From: Candidatus Eiseniibacteriota bacterium
GTDB taxonomy: Bacteria > Eisenbacteria > RBG-16-71-46
Direction: 5' to 3'
Assembly (NCBI GenBank): GCA_031366795.1
Contig: JANLOX010000332.1
Location: 1-11,737 of the forward strand
Length of the DNA: 11,737 nt
Below are positions 1 to 7,422 of this stretch, one piece after another. Every line of letters begins with the position of its first letter. The stretch's first letter is position 1. The position numbers were made by a program, and so were the translations under genes. The notes beneath the pieces were generated by a model, which saw only the letters and a program-made list of their open reading frames with translations, did no database searches and was not told where the DNA came from.

Positions 1-330
1 CCGCGTCGCCACCGCATCGCCAATGTTGTCCCCGGTAAACGCGCGCCCCGTCGTGCCGATCGCGCGCGCGCCCCGCTCCAGGCAGCGGGAAGCGAGCAGG
101 ATGTCCGCGGTCACGACGATGTCGTCACGCTGGACGCGCGAGGCAATCCAATCATCGGCCGCGTCGAAGCCCTGCGCCACCACTTCGAGGGCGATATGCG
201 CGTGGTCCGGAATGCGCATCCACGCGGCCGCGACGAGCGTCACGCGCAAGCCGTGCCGTTCCGCGACCCGGTACACTTCCGGCTTGACCGGGCAGGCGTC
301 GGCGTCGACGTAGATGCAGATTGATTCCAT
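1..330 (-). CDS. YaiI/YqxD (UPF0178) family protein, 3' end runs off the window
   Basis: Not in the ORF track because there is no stop in the window. Manual translation from the ATG at 330 gives MESICIYVDADACPVKPEVYRVAERHGL...GFDAADDWIASRVQRDDIVVTADILLASRCLERGA...FTGDNIG. The VDADACPVK, DAADDWI and DIVVTADI motifs are the UPF0178 signature. Confidence 0.93.
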   Translation of the reverse strand, partial: MESICIYVDADACPVKPEVYRVAERHGLRVTLVAAAWMRIPDHAHIALEVVAQGFDAADDWIASRVQRDDIVVTADILLASRCLERGARAIGTTGRAFTGDNIGDAVATR

Positions 331-354
331 CGGCTTGATCGCGTCGCTCGAGAA

Positions 355-978
355 TCAGCGCGCGCGGACGATGCGAACCGTCGAGTTGCCCAGCGGTGTC
401 GAGACGCGGAGGAAGTAAACGCCTGCATCGAGCCGCCGCCCTGAGTCCGCGTGCCCATCCCAGGCGATCGAGGTGATGCCGCGCGAGAGCAGTCCGCGGT
501 AGAGGGTGCGGACAGTGCGACCTTGCAGGTCGAGCACCCTGGCCTCCGAACGGAGTGGTGCATCAAGGCGGCTGCCGGGCAACGCCAGGTCGACCCGGGC
601 GCCTGCATGGAAGGGGTTCGGGGAAATGCGGGCCGCGAGCGGCGCGTTCGGAACGGTCACCGCGTAGGGTCCATACGTCACCGCAGCGCCGCTCGGCGTA
701 TCGAGGTCGAATCGGTACAGGTAGGTCTTGCCGGGGACGGCGGTGAGGTCGGTGACAAAGCAGTCGCCCGTGCACAGCGCGGATTGATCCGACAATTGGG
801 CGAATTGGGTCTCGAGCGCGTTCGCGCGCGATACTCGATAGGTGCTGCCCGCGAACGAGCCATCGAGCGTAACCCTGAGGATGTCATTCCGATAGTCCAC
901 GAGGATGCGGGGGTCCCCCGACGCTGGGCCACTCGCGAGTGTGAGCAAGAGCAGCCACAGGGATACGCATTTGCGCAT
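355..978 (-). CDS. Secreted protein with an Ig/FN3-like domain and a C-terminal FlgD Ig-like (sorting-type) domain, 207 aa
   Basis: Start moved from 1077 to the ATG at 978, which follows GGAGGAG and opens a signal peptide (MRKCVSLWLLLLTLASGPASG). The C-terminus SPNPF...VLDLQGRTVRTL...WDGHADSGRRLDAGVYFLRV is the typical FlgD_ig/CTD-like pattern. Confidence 0.85.
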   Translation of the reverse strand: MRKCVSLWLLLLTLASGPASGDPRILVDYRNDILRVTLDGSFAGSTYRVSRANALETQFAQLSDQSALCTGDCFVTDLTAVPGKTYLYRFDLDTPSGAAVTYGPYAVTVPNAPLAARISPNPFHAGARVDLALPGSRLDAPLRSEARVLDLQGRTVRTLYRGLLSRGITSIAWDGHADSGRRLDAGVYFLRVSTPLGNSTVRIVRAR

Positions 979-1095
979 GTTCGCTCCTCCTGAGCATTCG
1001 CGCCGTGGGGCCAACGCGCCGGGAGGCGTAGGGCGCTGCCCCCGCAGCCGCCCCCGCTCTGCCCGCGCATCACTCATTAAAACGGGCCCTCTGGT

Positions 1096-1290
1096 CTAAC
1101 CCTTGCCGACACGGATCGTGTTTAGGTTCCCGATCATTCCAAATGCGCTCAGCAGCCACAAAACGACGGCGATGACGACGACCACATTCATGATCTTTTT
1201 GATCTTGGCGTCCATCGGGATATAGGTGTTCACCAGCCACAGCAACACCCCGACGACGATGAGCGTAACGATAACGTTGATCAGCGGCAT
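1096..1290 (-). CDS. Small two-TM membrane protein, Thivi_2564-like family
   Basis: 64 aa with two hydrophobic helices flanking LLWLVNTYIPMDAKIKKIMNVVVVI, which I recognise as the family pattern. GGAGG RBS upstream of the ATG. Confidence 0.85.
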   Translation of the reverse strand: MPLINVIVTLIVVGVLLWLVNTYIPMDAKIKKIMNVVVVIAVVLWLLSAFGMIGNLNTIRVGKG

Positions 1291-1367
1291 GAAGGCCTCC
1301 GTTGTGACGCGGCCGGACGATCGACGGCGAGGACGCCATCAGGGGACCGCGGCAACGCAAGTATAAG

Positions 1368-1383
1368 CGCAGGAACCATGCCA
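1368..1383 (-). promoter_or_regulatory. Putative sigma54 (-24/-12) promoter for the Thivi_2564-like gene
   Basis: The minus strand reads TGGCATGGTTCCTGCG, i.e. GG-N10-GC with TGGCA at -24, about 80 bp upstream of the ATG at 1290. Confidence 0.6.
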
Positions 1384-1424
1384 CGGGAAATCGTGTCGCG
1401 CGCGTGGCCTGGTCCTTATGGGTT

Positions 1425-1440
1425 CGGCACAGGAACTGCA
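1425..1440 (+). promoter_or_regulatory. Putative sigma54 (-24/-12) promoter for the glycine-zipper gene
   Basis: CGGCACAGGAACTGCA is GG-N10-GC with GGCAC and TGCA, ending 37 nt before the ATG at 1478. Confidence 0.6.
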
Positions 1441-1477
1441 AAACTCCCCAGCTAGGGCCGAAACCACGGAGGATTTC

Positions 1478-2113
1478 ATGACAACGAAAGCTGTTCGCAT
1501 ACTGGTTGCCGTAGCAGTTGTAACCTTGGCGATTGCCAATGCTTCAAACAGCGACGCTCGGGGCCGTCACCACTACCGTCGCACCACGCAGAATGCATCC
1601 CCTAATCGCGTGCTGGTGCCGGCGGGAACGTCACTCGATGTCCGGCTCGATGCCGAGCTCTCGACCGAGGTCGTCCACCCGGGCGAATCTTGGACAGGCA
1701 AGGTGACCCAGGACGTCGTCACCAGCAGTGGGCTGGCGATTCCTGCCGGCAGCGCGGTCGAAGGCGTTATCACGTCCAACTCGCAAGGAACGCATAGCAC
1801 CCGCCCGCAGATGGATCTCGGCCTGCGCAGCGTCACGCTGAACGGACAATCGCGACCGTTCAGGGCCGACACGCCCCCGATCGTCGCCGGTAGCGACCGC
1901 GCCAAGAAGATCGGCGTCATCGCGGCTGGAGCCGCTGTCGGAGCGGTGGTCGGCCACACCGTTGCGAAGGACAACCACGGCACGTTGATCGGTGGTCTGC
2001 TCGGTGGTGCGACGAGCTATGGCCTCACCCGGAACGCATTGCGTACCATGAAGCTGGAGGCGGGCTCGGTACTCACGTTCACCGTCAGCGAGAACTTGTT
2101 GGCGCAACGCTAG
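1478..2113 (+). CDS. Secreted/envelope protein with a beta-rich domain and C-terminal glycine zipper, 211 aa
   Basis: Start moved to the ATG at 1478, after the CGGAGGA RBS. Signal peptide MTTKAVRILVAVAVVTLAIA, then a VPAGTSLDVRL...IPAGSAVEGVIT beta domain and the glycine zipper IAAGAAVGAVVG...GTLIGGLLGG. Confidence 0.8.
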   Translation: MTTKAVRILVAVAVVTLAIANASNSDARGRHHYRRTTQNASPNRVLVPAGTSLDVRLDAELSTEVVHPGESWTGKVTQDVVTSSGLAIPAGSAVEGVITSNSQGTHSTRPQMDLGLRSVTLNGQSRPFRADTPPIVAGSDRAKKIGVIAAGAAVGAVVGHTVAKDNHGTLIGGLLGGATSYGLTRNALRTMKLEAGSVLTFTVSENLLAQR

Positions 2114-2284
2114 CCTGGGTAATTCACGAATAGTGGCAGCCTGTTCTGTTCTCCGATCTGATCGACTCGGCTCATGGCGCACGCAATCACATGGGTGAGA
2201 CGCCGATCCGTGTTCGCTCCTTTTCGGGCGCTGTGACGCAGCTAGGTCGCGTCACGTTACGTTACGATGAAGGAGGTCAACGTT

Positions 2285-2824
2285 ATGAAGAGCACGTTAG
2301 TAGTCTCGCTGCTTGTCGCACTCAGCCTCGCCGCTGCGCCTGTAGCCTTCACTAAAGATCGAGCAGTGGCCAAGGCGAAGCCTGACAAAGCAAAGGTGGC
2401 AGAGCAAAGCCTTTACGAACGCCTCGGTGGCGTCTTCGCCATCGCCGCGCTGGTTGACCACTTTAGCGACGCGGTTGTGCAGAACCCGATCGTGGGAAAG
2501 AATTCTCAGAATCCAGCTCTAAGGGAATGGCACACGAAGAACCTGGACAGGTTGCCGGGTCTCAAGTTCATGCGCACCCTGTGGGTTTGCGAGGTCACGG
2601 GCGGGCCATTTAAATTCTCGCCTACAAAGCCTGGTAAAACTCATTTGGGCCTGGAGGAGGCGCATCGTGGCCTCAAGATATCGCCCGAAGAGTTCGATGA
2701 GGTGGCGGCCGAGCTGGGACGCAGCCTTGATTTCGCCAAAGTGCCGGCGCGCGAAAAGGGCGAAGTCCTCGCCGCCTTCGCAGCACATAAGACGGAGGTA
2801 ACGGCAGGCTCCAAAACGAAGTGA
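2285..2824 (+). CDS. Group I truncated (2/2) hemoglobin with N-terminal signal peptide, 179 aa
   Basis: AGGAGG at 2271-2276 favours the ATG at 2285. Motifs SLYERLGG (A helix/GG), TGGP (EF), AHRGL (proximal His F8) and EEFDEVA (G helix). Hydrophobic leader MKSTLVVSLLVALSLAAAPVA. Confidence 0.9.
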   Translation: MKSTLVVSLLVALSLAAAPVAFTKDRAVAKAKPDKAKVAEQSLYERLGGVFAIAALVDHFSDAVVQNPIVGKNSQNPALREWHTKNLDRLPGLKFMRTLWVCEVTGGPFKFSPTKPGKTHLGLEEAHRGLKISPEEFDEVAAELGRSLDFAKVPAREKGEVLAAFAAHKTEVTAGSKTK

Positions 2825-2974
2825 TTGTGACTGGCTGCCGGCGCGGTTTGCGTATCGAGACGGATGGGGGGGGTCACGAGACAGTCGCTGACTGCTTCAC
2901 GAATGGGTCTAGTGCGCCCCTACCCCGGTCACATCAACGAGACTGTGGTGGCGCTCTTGAGGTAGATTCGGGCG

Positions 2975-3004
2975 ATGCCACTGTCTGTCGGAACCCGCCT
3001 GTGA
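2975..3004 (+). pseudogene. 9-codon remnant of a Ser/Thr kinase N-terminus (MPLSVGTRL*)
   Basis: Matches the kinase starts MPLTSGTRL (7905) and MPLTAGARL (3904). DNA 2958-3000 is 35/43 identical, ungapped, to 7888-7930, including the non-coding upstream bases. Confidence 0.75.
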
Positions 3005-3819
3005 CCTACTTCGACAACCGCGTCGAGTCGGATACCTTGATCGTGTTCCTCCACGGCGTCGGCGCCGATGGCGGCCGCTTCGAGAGCGTGGTGAGCACGT
3101 CACGTCACCACGCGATCGCGATCACGCTGATCGGTTTTGGGCGCCGCGAGTCGAAACGGCCGACGCTTGGTATCGACGATCATTCCCGCGTACTGCGTCT
3201 ACTGCTCGCCGAACTCGTGACGGAGTGCCGCCCCCAACGGGTTCTGCTCGTCGGCCACTCGGCGGGTGCGGACCAATTCCTGCGGATGCTCCATGACGAG
3301 GCCGGCGCGGGCGTGGCGATCGCCGGCCTCATCGAGCTCGGGCCCAACGTCAGCCTCGAGACCTGCTTCGCCACCCGGCTCTATACCCGGCTGGATTCGG
3401 GCAATGAGGCCGGCACCCTGGCAATCCTCAAGACGCTGGGTCAGGACATCGACACGCTCGAGACCTGGCTGGTGATCCAGAATTATCTCTCCCAGACCTT
3501 TATCAAGTTGGGCGCGGACCTCGAGCCGCTCAGGCGCTACTCGGCCGATCTGATCCAGCCATTTGACCGGCCCGGCGACCCGCTGGCCGAATGGTACCGT
3601 TCGGCACGGGCGCGCACTCCCCGGGTGCGATTAGTGTTCTCGCGCGCCGAGGCTGCGCCCGCGGAAGCGTTGCTCGCGCGCCATCTCGAGAGCAACGTGC
3701 TCGGGAACGACTTCAGCGAAGCCTCGTTCGTGATCGAGCCCGTGCACCACTTTGCATTGCTGGATCCCGAACTGCTCACGCGTCACATCGAGGAAGTGCT
3801 CGCTTCGATCAAACATTGA
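3001..3819 (+). CDS. Alpha/beta hydrolase fold protein, probably the orphaned C-terminal domain of a kinase fusion; start uncertain
   Basis: Oxyanion motif VFLHGVGADG, nucleophile elbow GHSAG and candidate catalytic His in VHHF. The GTG at 3001 overlaps the TGA of the mini-ORF. The ORF-track extension to 2821 does not look protein-like. Confidence 0.75.
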   Translation: MTYFDNRVESDTLIVFLHGVGADGGRFESVVSTSRHHAIAITLIGFGRRESKRPTLGIDDHSRVLRLLLAELVTECRPQRVLLVGHSAGADQFLRMLHDEAGAGVAIAGLIELGPNVSLETCFATRLYTRLDSGNEAGTLAILKTLGQDIDTLETWLVIQNYLSQTFIKLGADLEPLRRYSADLIQPFDRPGDPLAEWYRSARARTPRVRLVFSRAEAAPAEALLARHLESNVLGNDFSEASFVIEPVHHFALLDPELLTRHIEEVLASIKH

Positions 3820-3903
3820 GAAGCGCGTGAACCCATCGCCCCGGACACTCTCATCGGTTGAGCAGCACTCGAGCAGCGTTTCGAACTGGAGACCACAACC
3901 CCC

Positions 3904-6651
3904 ATGCCGCTGACCGCCGGAGCACGTCTGGGCCCCTACGAGATCGTCGCGCCGCTGGGTGCCGGCGGCATGGGTGAAGTTTATCGCGCCAAGGACACGC
4001 GCCTGGGCCGCGACGTCGCAATCAAAGTGCTGCCGCAGCATCTGTCTGCGAATCCCGAGATCCGCGCGCGCTTCGAGCGCGAAGCCAAAACCGTCTCGTC
4101 GTTCAACCATCCGCATATCTGCACCCTGTTCGATGTCGGGCGCGAGGGCGACACCGACTTCCTCGTCATGGAGCTGGTCGAGGGCGAGACCTTGGCCTCG
4201 CGGCTGCAACGCGGCCCCCTGCAGGCCGCCGAGCTGTTGCGCCTCGCCTCGCAGATCGCCGAGGCGCTCGACCGCGCGCACCTTGCCGGGGTCATTCATC
4301 GCGACCTCAAGCCGGGCAACATCATGATCACGCGCTCCGGTGCCAAGCTGATGGACTTCGGTCTTTCGCGCGCCACCGGGCTAGCCGCCGGCCCTACGGC
4401 ATCGGGCTCGATGATAAGTGCGATGACGCAATCGCCGACCGTCGCCCAGGCATTGACCGCGGAAGGCACGATCCTCGGAACCTTCCAGTACATGGCGCCG
4501 GAGCAGCTCGAGGGCAAGGAAGCCGACGCGCGCAGCGACATCTGGGCGCTCGGTTGCGTGCTCTACGAAATGGCAACCGGACGCCGCGCCTTCGAGGGGC
4601 GCAGCCAGGCTTCGCTGATCGCTGCGATCCTCGAGCGTGAGCCGGCCCCGGTCGGCGAGTCATCCTCGAGCACCGGCACCGGCGCCGCGAACGGACCACC
4701 GCAGGGACTCGAATGGTTGATCCGCAATTGCCTCACGAAGGATCCGGACGAGCGCATCCAGACTGCACACGATGTGAAACTCCAGCTCCAGCGCATCGCC
4801 GAAGGCGCGGGCCTCTCGACCGTGACCACGCGGAGCACGATCTCGGGCGTGCGCGCAGCCGCCGGGGCGGTGCCTGCGCGCACGGACAACGCGCGGGCAA
4901 TCGCGATCGCCTGGGGGGTCGCCACGCTCGCAGTCATCGCGGCCGCAGCGTTCGCGGCATGGAGCTGGCCGCGGCTCAACGTGTCACCGGCGATGTTCCG
5001 GTTCGAACCGAACACCGACGCGCCAGGGGTCACGGACGCCAGCTGGCCCCGCGTGTCCCCCGATGGGCGCTCGATGGTATTCCAAGCGACTGACTCCGCC
5101 GGCGTTCTCCGCGCCTTCCTGCTGCGGCTCGATGAGACGACCCCGCACCTCATCCCGGGCACGGAACAATTGCAACGCGCCTACTGGTCGCCCGACAGTC
5201 GTGAAATCTGTTTCGTTGCGGCCGACAAGATCCAGCGCGTCGCCGTGGCAGGAGGCTCGCCCATCCTGGTTTGCCCGGCGCCCGGCGGGGCAGACCTGAG
5301 CTGGGGCGCCAAAGGACAGATCCTGCTCGACGGCAGCACCACCGACTCACTCAGGGCCGTGCCCGCCGGCGGCGGTGAGCTTCATCCGGCCACGCGCATC
5401 TCGCGCAAGGACCACGAAGTCGCCAGCGCATGGCCCAGCTTCCTGCCCGACGGCGAGCACTTCCTGTTCATCGCGTTGCATGGCGACGGCACCCCTCCAT
5501 CCATCCGGCTCGGCCGCCTCGGTTCGCTTGAATCGAAGGTGATCGGCAAGTCGGACGGGCGGGCCGAGTACGCGCCCGGAGGATGGGTGGTCTATGTGCG
5601 CGGCACGGCGCTGCTCGCGCAGAAGCTCGACTTGGGCGGCGCCAAGCTGACGGGAGACCCGATCACGATTACCGACAACCTGCGGACGGGAGGTGCATCG
5701 GGGCACTTCTCGACATCGCGGAGCGGTGTCTTTGCGATCGAGAGAGCAGGTGGTAATTCCGGCGTCAGTGTCGTGATCGTGGATTCGAAGGGCCAAACAG
5801 TCGCCACACCGGCCCTCGCGGGAATGATCGGCAACCCACGCTTGTCACCCGACGGAAAACGCGTGCTCTATGAACGCCGCGAGGGCAACGCAAACCAGTG
5901 GGGCGACGTGAGCGTGTTCGATCTCGAGCGCGGCACGGACATGCGACTTACTTATACCGGCGGACTGGCCGTCCGTTCCGTTTGGTCGCCCGATGGCCGG
6001 CGTTTTGTCTACACGCGCGTGGCGGGATTCGGCAGGCAAGCCGTCTTGATGTTCGGATCGACAGACGGCGTGGGCTTCGCCGACTCCATTCCGCTCACGA
6101 AGCAGGCGATGTTCGTGTCGCAGTGGCCCCCACCGGGATCGCGCCTGGTGGGTTACACCGATGAGCCTGTTCCGGTGTACTGGAACCTGCAGGGCCCGGA
6201 CCGGTCGCCGCAACCGCTCATCACCCATTCGGAGCCCATGGCGAACCCGCAGGTCTCGCCCGATGGCCACTATGTCGCCGGTTCCATGGGCAACGGAAAC
6301 CAGATCCACGTCTTCGTCCAGACGCTCGAAGGCCCACCCGGCCGCTGGCAGGTCTCATCAGGACTCGGGGGCTTCAAACCCGTGTGGGTCAAGGGCGGGC
6401 GTGAGCTTCTCTATGAGAGCCGGGATAACAAGGTCATGGCCGTGGACATCGATCTCGCCCAGGGCTTTCACGCCGGACGGCCGAGCGAACTGTTCACGCT
6501 CGCTTTGCCGGTGATTGACCGCGAGATGAGTACCTGGGGATGCGATGCGACCGGAGAGCGGTTCGTGATCACGACGCCGCAACGCTCGAGCGCGCGCGTC
6601 CGGTCGATCGAAGTCGTGACAGACTTCCGTAGCCTGGTCACACGAAAGTAA
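3904..6651 (+). CDS. Hanks-type Ser/Thr protein kinase with a TM helix and extracytoplasmic TolB-like PD40 beta-propeller
   Basis: Kinase motifs GAGGMGEV, VAIK, HRDLKPGN, DFG, YMAPE and DIWALG. TM segment AIAIAWGVATLAVIAAAAFAAWSW. Repeated propeller blades SPDGR, WSPD, FLPDG, LSPDGK and VSPDGH. Confidence 0.95.
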   Translation: MPLTAGARLGPYEIVAPLGAGGMGEVYRAKDTRLGRDVAIKVLPQHLSANPEIRARFEREAKTVSSFNHPHICTLFDVGREGDTDFLVMELVEGETLASRLQRGPLQAAELLRLASQIAEALDRAHLAGVIHRDLKPGNIMITRSGAKLMDFGLSRATGLAAGPTASGSMISAMTQSPTVAQALTAEGTILGTFQYMAPEQLEGKEADARSDIWALGCVLYEMATGRRAFEGRSQASLIAAILEREPAPVGESSSSTGTGAANGPPQGLEWLIRNCLTKDPDERIQTAHDVKLQLQRIAEGAGLSTVTTRSTISGVRAAAGAVPARTDNARAIAIAWGVATLAVIAAAAFAAWSWPRLNVSPAMFRFEPNTDAPGVTDASWPRVSPDGRSMVFQATDSAGVLRAFLLRLDETTPHLIPGTEQLQRAYWSPDSREICFVAADKIQRVAVAGGSPILVCPAPGGADLSWGAKGQILLDGSTTDSLRAVPAGGGELHPATRISRKDHEVASAWPSFLPDGEHFLFIALHGDGTPPSIRLGRLGSLESKVIGKSDGRAEYAPGGWVVYVRGTALLAQKLDLGGAKLTGDPITITDNLRTGGASGHFSTSRSGVFAIERAGGNSGVSVVIVDSKGQTVATPALAGMIGNPRLSPDGKRVLYERREGNANQWGDVSVFDLERGTDMRLTYTGGLAVRSVWSPDGRRFVYTRVAGFGRQAVLMFGSTDGVGFADSIPLTKQAMFVSQWPPPGSRLVGYTDEPVPVYWNLQGPDRSPQPLITHSEPMANPQVSPDGHYVAGSMGNGNQIHVFVQTLEGPPGRWQVSSGLGGFKPVWVKGGRELLYESRDNKVMAVDIDLAQGFHAGRPSELFTLALPVIDREMSTWGCDATGERFVITTPQRSSARVRSIEVVTDFRSLVTRK

Positions 6652-6664
6652 GCAGGGAGGAAGC

Positions 6665-7045
6665 ATGAAGACCGATGACGAGTGGAAGCGGATGCTCACG
6701 CCCATGCAATACGCGGTGCTTCGCGAGGCACACACCGAACGCGCCTTCACCGGCGAGTACTGGGACACCAAGGAAGCCGGCACCTACGTCTGTGCCGGAT
6801 GTGGGGCTGAATTGTTCACGTCCGACGATAAATTCGACTCCGGCTGCGGTTGGCCGTCTTACACGCGCGCGATTGTCGAAGGCCGCATCACCGAGCGCAC
6901 CGACATGAGCCACGGCATGTCGCGCACCGAAGTCACCTGCGCCGCGTGCGGCGGTCACCTGGGCCACTTGTTCGACGATGGCCCAGGACCGATGGGGTCG
7001 CGCTACTGCATCAACTCGGCAAGCTTTAACCTCAAGAAACCCTAG
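6665..7045 (+). CDS. msrB: Peptide-methionine (R)-S-oxide reductase
   Basis: TERAFTGEY, two CxxC zinc motifs (CAGC, CAAC), KFDSGCGWPS, HLGHLFDDGP and catalytic RYCINS. GGGAGG RBS. Confidence 0.97.
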   Translation: MKTDDEWKRMLTPMQYAVLREAHTERAFTGEYWDTKEAGTYVCAGCGAELFTSDDKFDSGCGWPSYTRAIVEGRITERTDMSHGMSRTEVTCAACGGHLGHLFDDGPGPMGSRYCINSASFNLKKP

Positions 7046-7143
7046 CTGCATGGAAGGTTCCCGTGCCAGAACCCCCAGTCAGCCGCACCGGGTCTCGAGC
7101 AGGGTGGAGGGATCCGGCCCCAGAAATCGCTCCGCTCAAGCCC

Positions 7144-7184
7144 TTGCGCCCCCCTGCCGACATGTTATAACATACGTATATACG
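7144..7184 (+). promoter_or_regulatory. Sigma70-type promoter of the TA operon with overlapping palindromic operators
   Basis: TTGCGC (7144-7149), 16 bp spacer, then TATAAC (7166-7171) with an extended TG. Perfect palindromes ATGTTATAACAT (7162-7173) and CGTATATACG (7175-7184) form an AT-rich island. Confidence 0.7.
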
Positions 7185-7197
7185 CAGGAGTTATCGC

Positions 7198-7422
7198 ATG
7201 ATCAAGCTGACCGTTCGCAAGGTGGGCAATTCGCTGGGCATCACGCTGCCGGCACAGGCCGCGCACGCGTTGCACGTGCGCGAGGGCGACCCGCTGTTCC
7301 TCACCAAATCCCCCGATGGCTTCCGGCTGACGCCTTATGACCCCGAGTTCACCGAGACCATGGAGGTCGCCGAGGGCTTCATGGCCCGTTACAAGAACGC
7401 CCTCCGCGACCTGGCTAAGTGA
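7198..7422 (+). CDS. AbrB/MazE/SpoVT family antitoxin
   Basis: Swapped-hairpin signature LTVRKVGNSLGITLP...LHVREGDPL and a C-terminal helix ending YKNALRDLAK. AGGAG RBS. GTGA overlap with the toxin gene. Confidence 0.92.
   Translation: MIKLTVRKVGNSLGITLPAQAAHALHVREGDPLFLTKSPDGFRLTPYDPEFTETMEVAEGFMARYKNALRDLAK

Noticed and set aside
23..313. 96-aa plus-strand ORF
   Set aside because: Antisense shadow of the YaiI/YqxD gene; no recognisable motifs.
2866..2873. G8 homopolymer as a phase-variation switch
   Set aside because: Short, probably intergenic and unremarkable in high-GC DNA; no evidence of length variation.
2821..3000. N-terminal extension of the hydrolase ORF, coupled to the globin stop
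   Set aside because: The GTGA overlap with the globin stop exists, but the peptide is not protein-like and the DNA contains the kinase promoter and leader remnant in another frame. Not fully excluded.
3631..4299. 222-aa minus-strand ORF
   Set aside because: Antisense shadow of the kinase N-lobe. It resembles the 7389..8411 ORF only because the sense-strand kinases are paralogs.
5000..6600. Repeated TCGCCCGA(C/T)GG-like DNA motifs as a repeat array or CRISPR
   Set aside because: They encode the SPDG propeller-blade motifs, are irregularly spaced and are not identical.
7052..7068. Minus-strand TGGCACGGGAACCTTCC as a sigma54 promoter
   Set aside because: Has the -24 element but no GC at -12, and it points antisense into msrB.
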